NCBI GenBank assembly: GCA_020536535.1
Contig: JAHLWZ010000835.1
Coordinates: 25,562 to 89,561, forward strand
Direction: 5' to 3'
DNA: 64,000 nt
Origin: Pelomyxa schiedti
Lineage: Eukaryota > Protista > Evosea
Below are positions 47,731 through 61,014 of this stretch, in pieces. Position 1 is the stretch's first letter. Every line of letters begins with the position of its first letter. Made by a program: the position numbers and the translations under genes. The notes under the pieces were generated by a model that saw nothing but the letters and a program-made list of their open reading frames with translations, did not search any database and was not told the DNA's origin.

Positions 47731-50603
47731 TCATTCTTTGGAGGAACTTGGGGAGGTGAGTGCATGCAAACGCAACAAGGCACGTTCTATGATCATTCTA
47801 TTACGAACCATACAGAGCTTGGGCCAGCACATTCTTTTCCCTGTTGTACCGTTAGAAATAAAGAGTAAGGGAGTTGCAGGTTTGTTGAGTTTGTGTAATA
47901 ACCTGTTATGAGGTAGTGTGACATGTCGGAAACACTTGGGTCACTCAGGGCATGAAGGTAAAACCACGGGTGAGGCTTGAGGCTCAACGTAACTTGGTAG
48001 GTGCGAGTTAGTGCAATTATGTAAAACTACTAGTTACAATCGTTATCTACCTGTTCCTCCAAAATCTTGAAGGAACAAATAGCTCCAATTGTATCCCAGA
48101 ACAGATGGAATAAGGTCCAAGTTACTGGCCAGCCTAACCGAAAATGTCATTCAGTAATAGAGGAACAAAATAACCACCCACATGAGCCACTTCAGCATAT
48201 CCAGTTTAAGATATAATTCGGCAAACGACAGTAAAAATCCTCCACGATAACCTCTTCCTTCAAATGGTGTCACATAAAAAAAGGGGGGGTAATATGAAGG
48301 GGAGAACCTTTCCGATGTGGGCTAGGACTACCCGCATTGCCTCGACTAGCAAAGAAGAAAGGGATTACCTGGGCTATGCGTGAGTGGCAACCATTAGGCT
48401 TACAGGCATACATGGGGATTGCATTGGCTTACAATTGTGAACTAATTTGCCACATTATGAATATTAATTCAAGAAGGATAGGGACAAACTTTGACATTAA
48501 AAAACTGACTCAAGGCATCTTTTGGGATGTCGTTTTTCAGACATCCGTCGCGCCATTTGGTGCTGCCAAAGTCATGGAAAGGTTCGACAACTCCTATTAT
48601 TGGTGAAAACAATTTCCTACTATGTTGTGTAAAAACAACCTGTGTGCTCATTCTTACAGAGCAGACCAACACCAGTGAAGGCAAGAGGCATTGCAGCAGA
48701 CGCGAGAATAGCGGTATATATGACAACATTTGGGGCCGTGAGGTAATTGAGAAGATGAGGTTCACAGTGACCACCAACAACGGTAATGTTCAATACGCGC
48801 CCTGTGTCCTAGGGGTTACACCAAGAAGTATGGAGGTGGAGGCGAACCTGTGAGCGAATAGGCCTCAGCAAACGTTGTATTTCCTTTGGTAAACCACTGC
48901 AATGCAGCTGCCCACCTAGTTTCACTACACATGTGCCCTTCGGACCAAATGCGTTCAAGGATTATCTAAATGAATTGGCTGAGATCGCGATGGGTGGGAC
49001 TGACAAGAAACTTTGTAGGATTCATCATTGAATCTGAGATGTGAGGCCAAGTTGCGTGCAGTGAGAGACTCTCTTAATTCAGAATCGGTTCTGACACAAG
49101 CAAAAGCAGCCACAAGTGCACCAGCACTTGTACCGGCTATTACATCAGGTAACATTCCTGCATCAAGTAGTGCCAAAATAACACCAAAGTGAGGAAACCC
49201 CTGTCATTTTAAAGTGTAAAGAGACAAAAGCTAGTCTGAGAATAGAAAACCATTGCTGCCCCTCCAGAAAGGCATAGTGCCGTTCTTCCATATGAACGGA
49301 TAAGTCTATCTGCCCACCGACCCAATGGAACTTGTTGTGGAATAATTCCTTCTGTTGCTTTGGAAATAAGTATATTGATGGACAGGGCTGTTTGGTCGAC
49401 AAACGACTTGTGCAATAATTAGCCTTATTAATCAATGAAAATGACATGCGGGATACCTGAATAGCTTTGCTTGTTCCGTAATGGCAAGCTGCATAAACCT
49501 GCTCCGAATGCACACCGCCGACATTGACTTTGCAGGCTGTATTGAGCATCTTGAGGTACCGTGAAACAAAGACGTTATCAGAGAAATGTTCCTCCCCGCC
49601 AGAGCTGATCGTAGGCAGGATGGGCTCTCCGGGGGATGATGTTATTAACTGAGTGCTTTCAGTGATACAGGTGAAGTCTATTTTTGAGCTTTCAGGTGTT
49701 AAAGTCTTCCTGGAGGAGTTTGGTGACAGTACAAGAGCAGTTGAGGTGGTTGTAGTAGTGGACAAAGAAGAAGTGATGTGCGAAATCAATGCAGCATCAT
49801 ATTGAGGGCTTATTTCACGCCACGTGTCGTTGTTGTGCAATCTATCCAATTGCTGTGCAGCAACTACCCACTCCTCATAAGACATGGCCCGTGCAAGATC
49901 ACTGCGTGCTTTTCCAAAACGAAGTTTCTCATACCTTCAAAGGTTTTTTCCAATGGTTAGTGCACACTGTACTCACTAATAACTAACACTCACCAAAAGA
50001 CAATGCCTCGTAAAACGAAGTAGAATAGAAGCTCCAAACCAATGAATGCCAGACATATCAATAAAAGAGGCCATCTAGTCAACAATCTCATAATGCCACT
50101 ACTCATGAAACGCCTTGGCGGTGAAATATTACCAGAATCAGATAAGGAACCTCCCATGAATTTGCCTGGGATGGCGGTCATTTATCATTTAGAACATAGG
50201 CAAAAGAAAAAAAACAAAACAAAAGACCACAAACTGATTTAAGAAACAAAAACCAAAGTATGATACTTCGAGGGTGCCTCACAAGAACACCACTGGATGA
50301 CAAAGTAAATGGGCCATTTGATGCACTTCCAAAAGGGCATCCCGGGTCGTTGCAACAAAATCCATCTATTCTCGGAGTGCGAAAAGGAGACGTGCTAGGC
50401 GACCTGCTTACGGGACCAGAAACAGTAAGATCGCTCATCGCCGTCATCGTAGTCGTTGCCGTAGTCGTAGTAGTTACAACACCAACACCGGACCCCGAAG
50501 ATTCCTTGCTCGACACTGCCACCGGGGTAGGTTTTAACACCGGATCTAGATCTCCTTGCTGCTGTCGTATTTCCGGCACCGTGTCCCGTCCCTCGCCGCT
50601 CAT
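47731..50603 (-). CDS. Patatin-like triacylglycerol lipase/phospholipase (TGL3/4/5-SDP1 family, DUF3336 + patatin)
   Basis: YEEWVVAAQQLD; YGRTALCLSGGA; VIAGTSAGALVAA; GRVLNITV; LLNYLTAPNVVI; WRDGCL; IVSQCNPH; LFLQDFGGTVT; KRMCWPKLCMVRNRMIIE. Confidence 0.9.
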
Positions 50604-50702
50604 CTCCCTTCTTTGGGTTTTTTTTTCCCTTGTAGAAACCAAGTTGGACTCTCTTCCTTGTCTTTTCCCTTCGGAAACAACGAAAGATCAACGGCGTTCG
50701 AG

Positions 50703-53700
50703 ATGTCATCTCGGCCAGGAGGGGGTAGTGATGCTGTGGTGGCTGCAAGCAATTGTGGGAATGCCCCGTCTGCAATCACGCAGGCCGATGATTCATTTTT
50801 TTTCGAGGTGTTTCTGGTTTTTCTCGTTCCAGTCTCTTTTCTCGTTGTAAATGTTGGCTCTCTCTTTTTTTTTTTTTTGACTTTATAAACAAAGATTGTT
50901 GTTGGGTCACCCTTGGAGTGGATCCTTGGGGATGACAAAGTACTTGAGGTAGTGGACAACAATTATGGGATTTTCGTTTTGCTCAGTGGTGGTAACATCA
51001 AATTGCAGAACTTGCTTAGGTACTTCACCAGAGAATCAGCAAATTACCAACCTGCCTTGGAATGTATGATAGAATTGTTTATAAGAGTGGAGGAATCTCT
51101 ATTGACTTCAAAGTAAAACCCTGTGACTACATCACAAATTTGCCAACTCACAGTCAAAAAGAGATGGGATGTTCTCTTCCCAGGAAGTCCCTGTATTGTA
51201 TTTTCCTTATCAACAACAAATTTCTTCCTCTCTTACATTTTTAGTGGTCCCTCGTTTATAGCTTTCCTTTTTCAAATGTTAGATCACTCTCTTTCAATCT
51301 CAGTCCAGGTAGCTCCAGAAAGTTATTGAAGCTGCTAATCTTACCTAAGGAGGTGCACTACTTGCAGCCTGTGACCTCTTTGGTACTTTCTTGCATCCCT
51401 CTTCTGTGTCACCTTCTATCCACAGCAGACTGGTATGCATTTGTTTTTTTCCCTCGTCATCTCATTTCTTATTGACAGGAACATACATTTTTTTGTTCTA
51501 TTTCTTGATAAGCTAGCTTCTGTTATATCATCTGATTGCTTTGTTCACTTTACCTTCCCTTTATTGGCTGGGTTGCTTCAGGCATTTACCCAACTACTTT
51601 CAGTTACCCCAACACAAGTATGCATTTAAATAAGAAACTTGAAGATGAAATCCTTCCCATTAAAACTTTAAAATAATGGATGTCACATTAATTTTCAGAT
51701 AGATCTTGGTGAGCCAGTTTTGACTCTTCTTGGCAACCTAGCTAACAGTCCACGCTTGTATGCACTTCATCCAGATATACATCTAATTGTAACTACATGG
51801 CTGTGTGACAACAACTCCGTGGTTTAGCCTTAAATAGTAATAATGTACCCCAACATGCAAAAAAGGATTGGCAGAGAATCTTGCATGCTGTGTCATCTGT
51901 TAAAGCCCTAGAACAACTACACGCATGCCTGGTACTCTCTCTTGAATAGATTTTTGTAATTTTCCAAGGTTACCGATAGATCACCAGAACACAATGTAGA
52001 GGATGTGATCGGTTATTTTCTCCAAGCCTTGCCTGTTATTGCTGTTTCAGAATTCTCAACGGACATCATCTCTTCTGTTCTTCAAATTTGCTGTAAGCAA
52101 CCCTCTGCTCAATATTATGGGGCTGTGCTAGCACTTTTTCGCCACACAAGCGCGCACATTAGATCAGAGGCTTATTCACTGGCTGCAGCACTTGCTTTGC
52201 CCCAGCAACCACCCTCTTCTAACAGAGATGCCCTATCATTACCTATAGAAACCCAGCCACTTTCTTTCAACTTGGAACTCATGGAAGAAGTTGCAGTTGT
52301 TGGTCTAAATGATACGGAGGTATTTTCATGGTGGTTCATTCTGTTTGACATTTCAGAAAATAAAAAGGTGTTCACACATGCACAAGATATTTGTTACTCT
52401 ATCCTCGGTGCCTTTGGGCAAGGTCTCCAAATTGACTGTGTCAAAGCCATTTTACCCCACATGCAAGCACATATTATCTGGGATGAGCAAGCCAAAGCTG
52501 ACTTTGCAAGTTTGTCTTCTTTTTTGCCATCTGAAGAATTCTTGGTAAACCCTTAATGTTGTTTAACTTCTTAAAAATCTTAAAAGGAATACCTCACTCG
52601 GTTCCTCTTCCATACCGATCCCAGGTAAATTTGCATTCTGAATATTGGCACGCTTTATTTTCCTTATGAAATTTTTGTCTTTTAAGTGTGAGGACATGGG
52701 CCTGTGGGATGTTTCTCTCCATTCTTTCTCTCAGTGCAAATTCACCATCACTTGGAAAATTTTCTGGTGATCCTCTTTTTATTACGAATGGCTACCCTAA
52801 TGATGAAACTGTTATTGCCTCTCCGATTCCGCCCAAAGTATCCAATAAAACCCCTTCGATTTTATGGAGCTGGCATTCACACACTTTTAGAAGCCAGATG
52901 TTAGAAATTTAGTTCGCATGTTCTTGGCCCATTCACAAAATGTTTCTGGCTGTGAAAGCATTGCCCATCAACTAGTTTCTGCAATTTCTGGTACCCAATT
53001 TCTTCTTAGGATACTTTTCCCTCATTTCGTTGTCATACAGCAACTGATATTCAAGGAAATGTCCCAGACCTTATCAATGCAGCTATGCAGGCCATATTAT
53101 CCCTAACTCCCTCAACTCCAACCACCGCAATCCATGCATACATTCTCCTTTTGGACTCTCTCCTGTGGCACTACCCCCTCCCATCTCTTCTAAATTCTGC
53201 TGCTGGGTGTGTGGGTGGTCTCGTGCGCCTTGCCTTTGAGTTGCATTCTCCACAAGTATGCAGAATTATTCGTACCACACTTGAATTGCTCCTTTTTGGA
53301 AAACCTGGGACTTGGGCTCCTGAAGAGTCTTTTTCCCCCCAGCTTGTCATTGCTCAGAGTAACCAGTGTGCCATCAAAGTTTTGCAAATTCCCGAATTTG
53401 TCTCAGAACAGTTTATTTTATCTTGCCAGGTAACCGACTGCCAATATGTCATTTTTGACAAATTTATTTGCAAACAGGTGCAGAGCTACAAGGTTTCACG
53501 TGCAGTGTTAGAAGAGCCAGATACAACAGAATCATTGGCAGTGCACCTGGTCTCTGAATGTGCAGCAATTTCAATGGAGTATCCACACAGACTTTTAGAA
53601 ACAGAATTTTCAACAATTTCTTCTGCTGCGTCGCATCTACAAGTGACAAATGCTCTTCATACCTTGTATGACTTGTGTGTGTGCGATTCAACGGTATTGA

Positions 53701-56700
53701 ATGCCTTTGTTCAAAGCAAATGGTTTTCTTTCTTAAGCAGGTAAAGAAGTAATTACTTAAATTCTCTCTCCTTGTTTCTTTTCAATGCTTCTTCAAGTTC
53801 ACAAGATTGTAAAGATTTTTGAGAGTGACTCCTATGAGCACTGAAGATTACACCGTCTTGGAATCAATTCTTAACCTGTTGTCATTTGCATTTCAGAGAC
53901 TTATGCCTACCCCGTCTGACCAGGATCAAATTGCGCAATATGTAATTGAAAATTTGCTGCACACTCTCACTCAGTTTTCCAACCAAAGGTAACAGACCAG
54001 CCAAAAATTCGTTAAAATTTTACACTTCCAGTAGTAGCAGACAACCAGTGATTGTGTCAATACTCCGATTTCTTTCTTGTCCATTCATTTACGAGAATTA
54101 TCCAAGAACTTCACTTGTTACAATCTTGGAGGCTATTCTCACAGAAACAACAGGTATTGATCCAGATGCCTATTGTGTTCCTCTTTTTAGAAACTATCCC
54201 GCAGATAGCCAGGTGCGGCTTTCTGGGCTCAGCTGTTTACTGCATATCTTGTTGAACAGTACTGAGGAACCACTACCTCCCTCCGGCCTAGCAATTATAC
54301 TTGGGCGCTATGCAAACAACTTCTGGTCTGTTTATACCGTCCTACAAACTAAGTAACCAAACAATCAATGATCAGTGAAGATGGCTCGAGGAAGCTATTT
54401 AAACTCTCCACTGTGTGCTTGTGTGCACTAGAAGTAATCTCCATCACTGTAGTATCACTATTATCTTATAAGTTAAAAAGAATGACTCCTTGTCTTCACC
54501 CCTGGAAGATTGTACTTCTTTCCTTTCCCTCACTTCTGACAAAGATCCGATTCTTCGGTATGTTCTCTTCGATCACCTTTCTTCTCATAGAATTCAACAG
54601 TACGGCGGCTCTGGTACTGTTAACAAGATGTACTGAAAATGCCAGTGACAGTGTTTTGGTTTCCTTTATGGCTGAATTGGTGCGAAGTAGTGTGGTGAAT
54701 CTCTTCAATAGGTAGCAGCCCCTTTGTACCAGATAAAACTATTACCCACAATTAAAAAAAACAAGTAATGAGTGCTGGTCCATTCGAACAGCTTCTGCAC
54801 AGTTCCTGAATAACTGGTTCTATCGAATGGATCACCTGAGTGCCACGTCAAAGGGAGACATTTCTGAGGATCATGAAAATGGGCTTCTGGACACTATGAG
54901 ACGAATCAGCAATGACATAAGGGTTTCCATGAAGACTATACCAACTGATTTCCATGAATGCCCACGTGCGTTTCAGTATTCTATTCTCAAATTACTCTAC
55001 TGGGTTGCAGTACAATCACCAGAACACCTAGAAGTGGTATGTATCTCCACCAATCAAATCCCTCCACCCTTTTCTCATGTTCTATTTGCAGAAATTCCGT
55101 TCCTTATGGTCGCAGCTTCCAAACTTCACACAAGAGGATAGGTCCTCAGAAACAGTTTTTAATAATGCTCCGAGTCTCGTCTTGCAATTTTTGTGTGCAT
55201 ACTTGGATCATCCACTCCCGCCTTTGTGTTGTGACCCTGAGTTGCCACCATTGGAAGTCTCTACCTTGTTCTCTTTTCTTGAATATACTGATGGTAGTTC
55301 CTGTTATGGTGACCGTTTAAATTTTCTACTTCTCTTCTAGAATCCATTCCCCCACAAGTACTTTTCATCCTCACAAGAGTTGCACTTTTATGTGGATCTC
55401 CAACATTAGCCCAAGAAATGTACAGTAAACCGACCCCTACATTATCTTCCATTTTTACCAATGTTTCTAGATTACTTTGGCTTCTCAATCTCCTTGAAGA
55501 ACCTGTGACTGTACCAAAGTGTTCTGTACGTGGAATATATGTTGCTCTGAACACTATTATAAATTCTCTCCCTCTCATTGGTGGAGAGGCACTTGCACCG
55601 GACTCTGTTGTCAACTCACCCTTCCTTGAAAGACTTGTCCCAAGGAAGCGTAACCATCGCCTGCACTTCAAGCAAGCTCAGCAGAACTTGATGGACAGTT
55701 CTTCTCTACAAAGAGGAATCTGTGCCAACATATGTCTGCTACTTTTAACTTGCATGAGAGATCCGGAAAAGCAACACCTTTTTTATCCTGAGCAGGTCCA
55801 GCTGTTACACTGTGTCATTGATAAGTCTCAACAAGCTATGGACTTATTTTTGCAAGGTTTTGTTCATTGCCGTTTTATGTACTTAAAGCTTTCTAAGAAG
55901 AGGGATTTGAAGATGTGATTGACTGCATTCATGCTACTCTCTCATTACAACAGGTTACACCCATCCAGTAAGTAACTGTGTTAAACCATTATACACTCAA
56001 ATAACAGACTGGGGATCTAAGGAGTGTTACATGCTTTTTTCAGTTTATCCTAAATCTTACATGGAAATTCCCTGAAGAAAAAGTATGGTGTTGAACTTTG
56101 GTTTCTGTTAACTGACGAACACAGCAAATAGTGGCCAAACTGGGGGCATTCGATTTGCTTACTAGACACTGGAGTGTCATACAGCGCAATCCAGAACTTT
56201 TGGAGCTCTCCTTGCAGTTTACCTTGAGCATGCTTTCAGAACGAAGTGTTGCTCACACCCTTTTTGAAAAGGAATCACGCTCTGAAACCAGTTCAGCTCT
56301 ATTTTCCGCATTTCAAGATGCATTGCTCATTCCCGAGGTAAGGTTTATTGTCTGTACATCTCTCAACCCGGCTAGGCCTTTACCCTAGCTTGCAGTTGCT
56401 TGCAGCTTATTGCAACGAGCAAATCAAGTGTGGGAAAAATGCTGAAGGTACGTTTATGTCAGTATAATTAGTCCAATACCACCAACAGAGCGGGATAGTG
56501 AACTCATTCTGGTCTTCTTTGAAAGAACTTACAGTCTCATCAAAGAACAAAGAGGAGCAAACCACACTCGATTCTTTGAACATGTTACTGCATCTCCTGG
56601 GAACTATATCTCTGACACCTGGTGGAAGAGAGACAATGGTAGCCCTCCAAGGTAAAAAACTGGTTTTCCTCAAACTGTACCTCTAAATACAATTCAAATC

Positions 56701-57257
56701 AATACTCTCAGACCCAAACCCATTCACCTTACTTGCGGAGTTTCTGACACACACCAACTCATGTGTTCAGACATTTTCAAGTTTTATACTGGATAACTTC
56801 AGTACTGTTTCGCCTCACCCAATGTCAAACAGTATGCTGTTCCTCTGCATCCCTTCACAAAGTTTTTATTGGGTTCAACTTTTCCACCACTATCCCACAG
56901 ATGAGTCCTTTGCCAAATCAGTGTGGATAGCACAAAAACAAGCCTACAGTGTGGTGCCTCTTAATGTTGAACTTGTAATGCACTGCTCCTCCATATTGTG
57001 TGCTCTCATGCTCAACCAACAAGTGTGTACCAACACTTTTTTTGAGGTAATTCGTTCTCACTGAAAATAAAAAGGTTCTGGAGAGGTATTCGACTTGGGG
57101 TCCAGCATCTGTGCTTGGAAAAATGCTGTCACAGTCAAAAAACACACTGAAAAAGGTGGAACAGGGGTCTCAAACAGACAAGGACAGCACCTCTATCATG
57201 TTGGATTGCTGTGTCTCAAACATAAGCATTCTATTGGATTTGGTTCTGGGTTTATAG
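50703..57257 (+). CDS. Large alpha-helical ARM/HEAT-repeat protein, function unknown
   Basis: More than 30 short Leu-rich helical exons joined by GT-AG introns; stop TAG at 57255-57257. No catalytic motif recognised; whether this is one gene is inferred. Confidence 0.55.
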
Positions 57258-57410
57258 AAACATCAAGCTTGTACTCTTTTTAAGGTGGAAAGTACACTTT
57301 CTGTAAAGAAACAAAGTTGGTTACAAAAAGCAAAGGAGTGCTGTTCAGTACGTGGTAAAATTACAAAGGCCTGTACCTTCGTATAGCTTCCGCTTTTTGT
57401 TTTTGTTTCT

Positions 57411-57520
57411 GTTTCCTGGTGTGTGCCTGCGATTGTTCGGGTTCGAGTCCTGCTGTAACCAGGAACTGTGATTTGGGGGTCTGTGGTTCAACTCCCGGCG
57501 TGGTGACTCTTTTTTTTACT
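57411..57520 (+). other. Degenerate tRNA-like fragments (two B-box/T-loop motifs) ending in a T-run
   Basis: GGGTTCGAGTCC (~57429-57440) and GGTTCAACTCCC (~57486-57497), followed by T9. No complete cloverleaf could be folded. Confidence 0.3.
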
Positions 57521-59048
57521 ACTGGGCACACACAGACCCCCTTCTTCGGGCCAGTACAACAAACACAAAGCCCACCAAAAACAGTTGGGGTTCATGTGGC
57601 AGGTGGTGTGGGGTGTGGGTGACTGCCTCCTGCCCTGCTTTGTTTTTTTCTTTTTTAGGTGACAGGTGAGTGACATGGGTACATGAGTGAACATTCATCC
57701 ATGTCGTCAGTTCCAGTAACACCTTGACGTTTAAGGTAAGCCCTCAAGTATGCTTCATAACTCTCCTGTTGCGGTTGGGCTCCTTCTGTGAGAAAGTGAG
57801 ACAATTTTCACAAGGTTAATAGTGCAACCTTGTTCCATGATCATCATTATTTTGGCTAGATTGTTGTGGAAATGCAGCGCTTTGCCAGTGAGTGGCTGTG
57901 GCCGTTGTATTGGGGGAAGACGTCGTGCCGCTTCGCCTATTAGTGGAACTAGAGTCTCAGTGTGAATGACTCCTCTAAGAATATGCTCGGCCTGAAGTAG
58001 GGCATCATGGAGTTCTTTTTGGGAACCAGAGGCTGGATTGTGATGTATATTGTATAAAGCCTGCACAGCACCAAGATTAAAAGCGTTTGAGAGTGTGAGT
58101 GGCTCCTCCTCTTTTTGGAGCCACTTCACACTTTGGATGCCATGTAAGCAAGACAGGAACTGCCACATATCTGGTGTACATGCCGCGGACATAGGATAGT
58201 GGAATTTTGGTATGAGTGCTTCACAAGAAGGGACTGCGCTACAAGGCACAGTGCACTGCAGAGAAAGCGGCTGATATTCCCTCCCCATTGGGCAAAGATC
58301 CTAGAGCAACGAGTGTATCATGTGAGCCTAGAGCAATACCCTCATGGGGGGGTGACTTTTTCATATTGAATCGTAAAACCTTTATTAACTGAAACATATG
58401 GTTAAAATGAAGGGCCATACTATTCAAGTCTGCATAAGCAACAGATACTGTATTGTTGCTCCCCAGCTTACTCAGAACAAATGGAACAAGAGGGAGAAGG
58501 GCATGGGAAGTGGAGGGCAACTGAGAAAAAGAAGGGATCGGCCAATAGATCCCTCCTTTGTTGAGTAAATTAATCACTAAATCAGGGACTTCGTGATCGA
58601 GGTGGATAGCAGCATGCAACTCCGAAGATGGGCAAATGTCTCCTTAAGCATGAATGACCTGGCACTACCGGCTGTCATGCTACATTTTTGAGCGGCAAGA
58701 TTGGCAAGTTGCTCATTATTCAAGTTCAAGCGCTTACTGATACTCATATATTGATCAGCGTAGGGTTCGTACTCATCATCAGGGTAGGGCTCTGGGCTTG
58801 GACTCCATTCTTGAATTTCTTGGATATGCTGTGTTGTCAGGCACTTTGCCATGCTGTGTATAGCGGACAGTAGATAGAGGTAGTTTGTATGACTCAAGGC
58901 GGAATTGATCACACAAGGTGGCTCTGTTCTCCTTTAGAAAAATCAAGGAAAGGAGAAACATACTGATCAAGGTATCTGAAGGAGACGGATTTGGCTTTAA
59001 ATTCTAACCTCCCAGGGAGGATAATTCCTCGTACCTCCGGATACAGAA

Positions 59049-59246
59049 TTAAATCCAGACAACTAGTGAGAACACAAAGAGTTTTATCCGAACATTGTTC
59101 CACAACCTTAAATTAAATAATGGTAATAGTGTTAAATGGCACTAACAATGAAAAAGGTAGTTTTTGCATACGCTCGTCTTTCTGCCGAGGTCGCTGCACA
59201 ATGTTCGGATAAAACTTTTGGTGTTCTCACTAGTTGTCTGGATTTT
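59049..59246. repeat. Inverted repeat, ~49-bp arms (59049-59098 / 59198-59246), ~100-bp spacer
   Basis: ACAATGTTCGGATAAAACT(CTTTG/TTTGG)TGTTCTCACTAGTTGTCTGGATTT is present on both strands with 2 internal mismatches. Confidence 0.9.
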
Positions 59247-59539
59247 AAGGAATCATTAAAAAAAAAAAAAAAAAGTACCTTTACACCCCACTTCTTAAGC
59301 GACTCAAAAATCCACTGCCAACAGATGGATGTGGTGCAAATAACTTCTTTGGCAATTCGTCGAGGTGGGTATCACGGTAATGTGAGCATGTCCAAGTTTT
59401 ACCGTAAGTTGTCCCTGAGGCAGATGAAGTTGTAGAAGTACAAGTAGCACCAACGGCCAACTGTGGCACAATATCCATATTTCCCGTCATGTAGTGTAAG
59501 GCCTCGTAGTGCCTTTTCGCGTACTCCATGGTCTTGTCA

Positions 59540-59846
59540 GCCTTGCTACAGTCTTCATATGGGCACTCCGGGAAAGGCAACACCACCTCGGGGTCCAGCT
59601 TGTAGCGCCGCCATTGCGAAACCCAGTGCCCGATCTTTTGGTATATTGCCTTCGGGTCAGGTAGTGGTGATTTGGTCCAGCAGAAGGGCTCCAAAACTCT
59701 CCCGTCGACGATGAATGGCAAAAATACGACCCGAAGGCAATATACCAAAAGATTGGGCACTGGGTTTCGCAATGGCGGCGCTACAAGCTGGACCCCGAGG
59801 TGGTGTTGCCTTTCCCGGAGTGCCCATATGAAGACTGTAGCAAGGC
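59540..59846. repeat. Inverted repeat, 119-bp arms (59540-59658 / 59728-59846), 69-bp spacer
   Basis: Arms are reverse complements with one mismatch; the same peptide appears in ORFs on both strands. Confidence 0.92.
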
Positions 59847-59917
59847 AATTTTTTTGTAGTTTGAGTTCAATTTGAGAGCTTGAGATTTGTGGCACTCCAG
59901 AATCATTTTGGTGGGCC

Positions 59918-61014
59918 ATATCCATTGCCCACTGGGGGCAAAAAAACTCTTAGAAGTGTCCGGAAAAGACATCTATCCAATAGACTTACCAATAGAAAGC
60001 TCTTAACCTAAAAGTCTAAGTCCGGATCTGAGCCTCAGGCTAGATCTGTTCGGTGAAAGGTTCTCGGGTCTGGCAGCGGACACCAAACTGTGGGTCGTGA
60101 CGTGGGGCATTGTATTCGCATCCCAAAGCGGAGCTGTTTGCCCCCATGACCGGTGATGCTGGATTTGCGACACCTGAAGAGGAAAAAAAAAGGTCTGCTT
60201 CCGCTACAATCACAGTCCAGCTTGAGACTTGGAGGAGCTGGGAGGCGCAAGGAATGGCATGAGAGTGCACGTGCATCTGAACGCAGAGGGCTTGAGCGCT
60301 TCCCTTCCTCCGGCTACTAGGTGAGTGGGTGATCTGATGTTCGCGAAAAAATGCTTTTTTCTTTCCTTTTCCCTGACCGAGACTCCTTGGGCTGCAAACT
60401 GTGAACTGTGACGTGGCTCGTTGTGATTGCGGGTACAAGAGGAGTAGTTTGCCCCCAAAGCCGGTGGTGCCGGATTTGCGACAGTCAAAGAGGAAAAAAA
60501 TAATCCAGGTTTTCTGGAAAGTGGCCATCAGGGGGACAGTGTCTCTTGAAGCGGTGAGCCTTCCCCTTGTGTGCAGGCGACGATTACCTGCACGAGTGTT
60601 GTTTCCCAGGCCTGGGTTGGACTGAAGTGTGAGTGTAGGGGAAGCTTTGATGGGTGTTTAAGGGAAAAAAAAACATTTTTTTTTCTTCTAGTGTCGCATA
60701 TCCAGGAACACCGGTCTAGGGGGCACACGACTGTACATTCTCTTGTTGCCACAACGGCCCACGTCACTACCCACAGGAAGGTGGTGAAAGAGGTACCTAT
60801 CCAGCAAAGAAGAAAAAAAAACACACACCGACCTTCCCGTTTTGTAAGTTTTTCTGGGAAGTCCTCGGAGGACAACCACCAAAAAATGTTTGCCCCCAGC
60901 GTCCACTGTTGAGTCCGTAGCCCAATTTTGCCTAAAGTGGGGAATGGATATCCATTGCCCACTGGGGGCAAAAAAACTCTTGGAAGTGTCCGGAAAAGAC
61001 ATCTATCCAATAGA
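59918..61014. repeat. 67-bp direct repeats (59918-59984 and 60948-61014) bracketing ~1 kb with internal degenerate repeats
   Basis: ATATCCATTGCCCACTGGGGGCAAAAAAACTCTT(A/G)GAAGTGTCCGGAAAAGACATCTATCCAATAGA occurs twice. Internal blocks ~60090-60195 and ~60397-60505 resemble each other. Confidence 0.88.

Larger units (their letters stand above)
57660..59925 (-). other. Rearranged ORF region with a Cys-cluster domain; decayed DNA transposon (KDZ-like?) or damaged host gene
   Basis: Overlapping minus-strand ORFs 59281-59925, 58577-58912, 58239-58619 and 57755-58288; VLPFPECPYEDC...AVGATC....TTY and LIPKFH motifs; interrupted by two inverted duplications. Confidence 0.3.

Noticed and set aside
47740-48300. 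Apparent separate beta-trefoil/MIR-like gene
   Set aside because: Correct splicing shows these exons are the conserved C-terminus of the patatin lipase (LFLQDFGGTVT...WPKLCMVRNR).
50703-51120. SAPS/PP6-regulatory-subunit identity for the large helical protein
   Set aside because: Only a faint N-terminal resemblance; not enough to assign.
1-57257. Non-canonical, U12-type or introner-like introns
   Set aside because: The several dozen introns resolved by hand were GT-AG and unrelated to one another, apart from the local duplicate at 21364/21563. Unresolved joins are too uncertain to claim.
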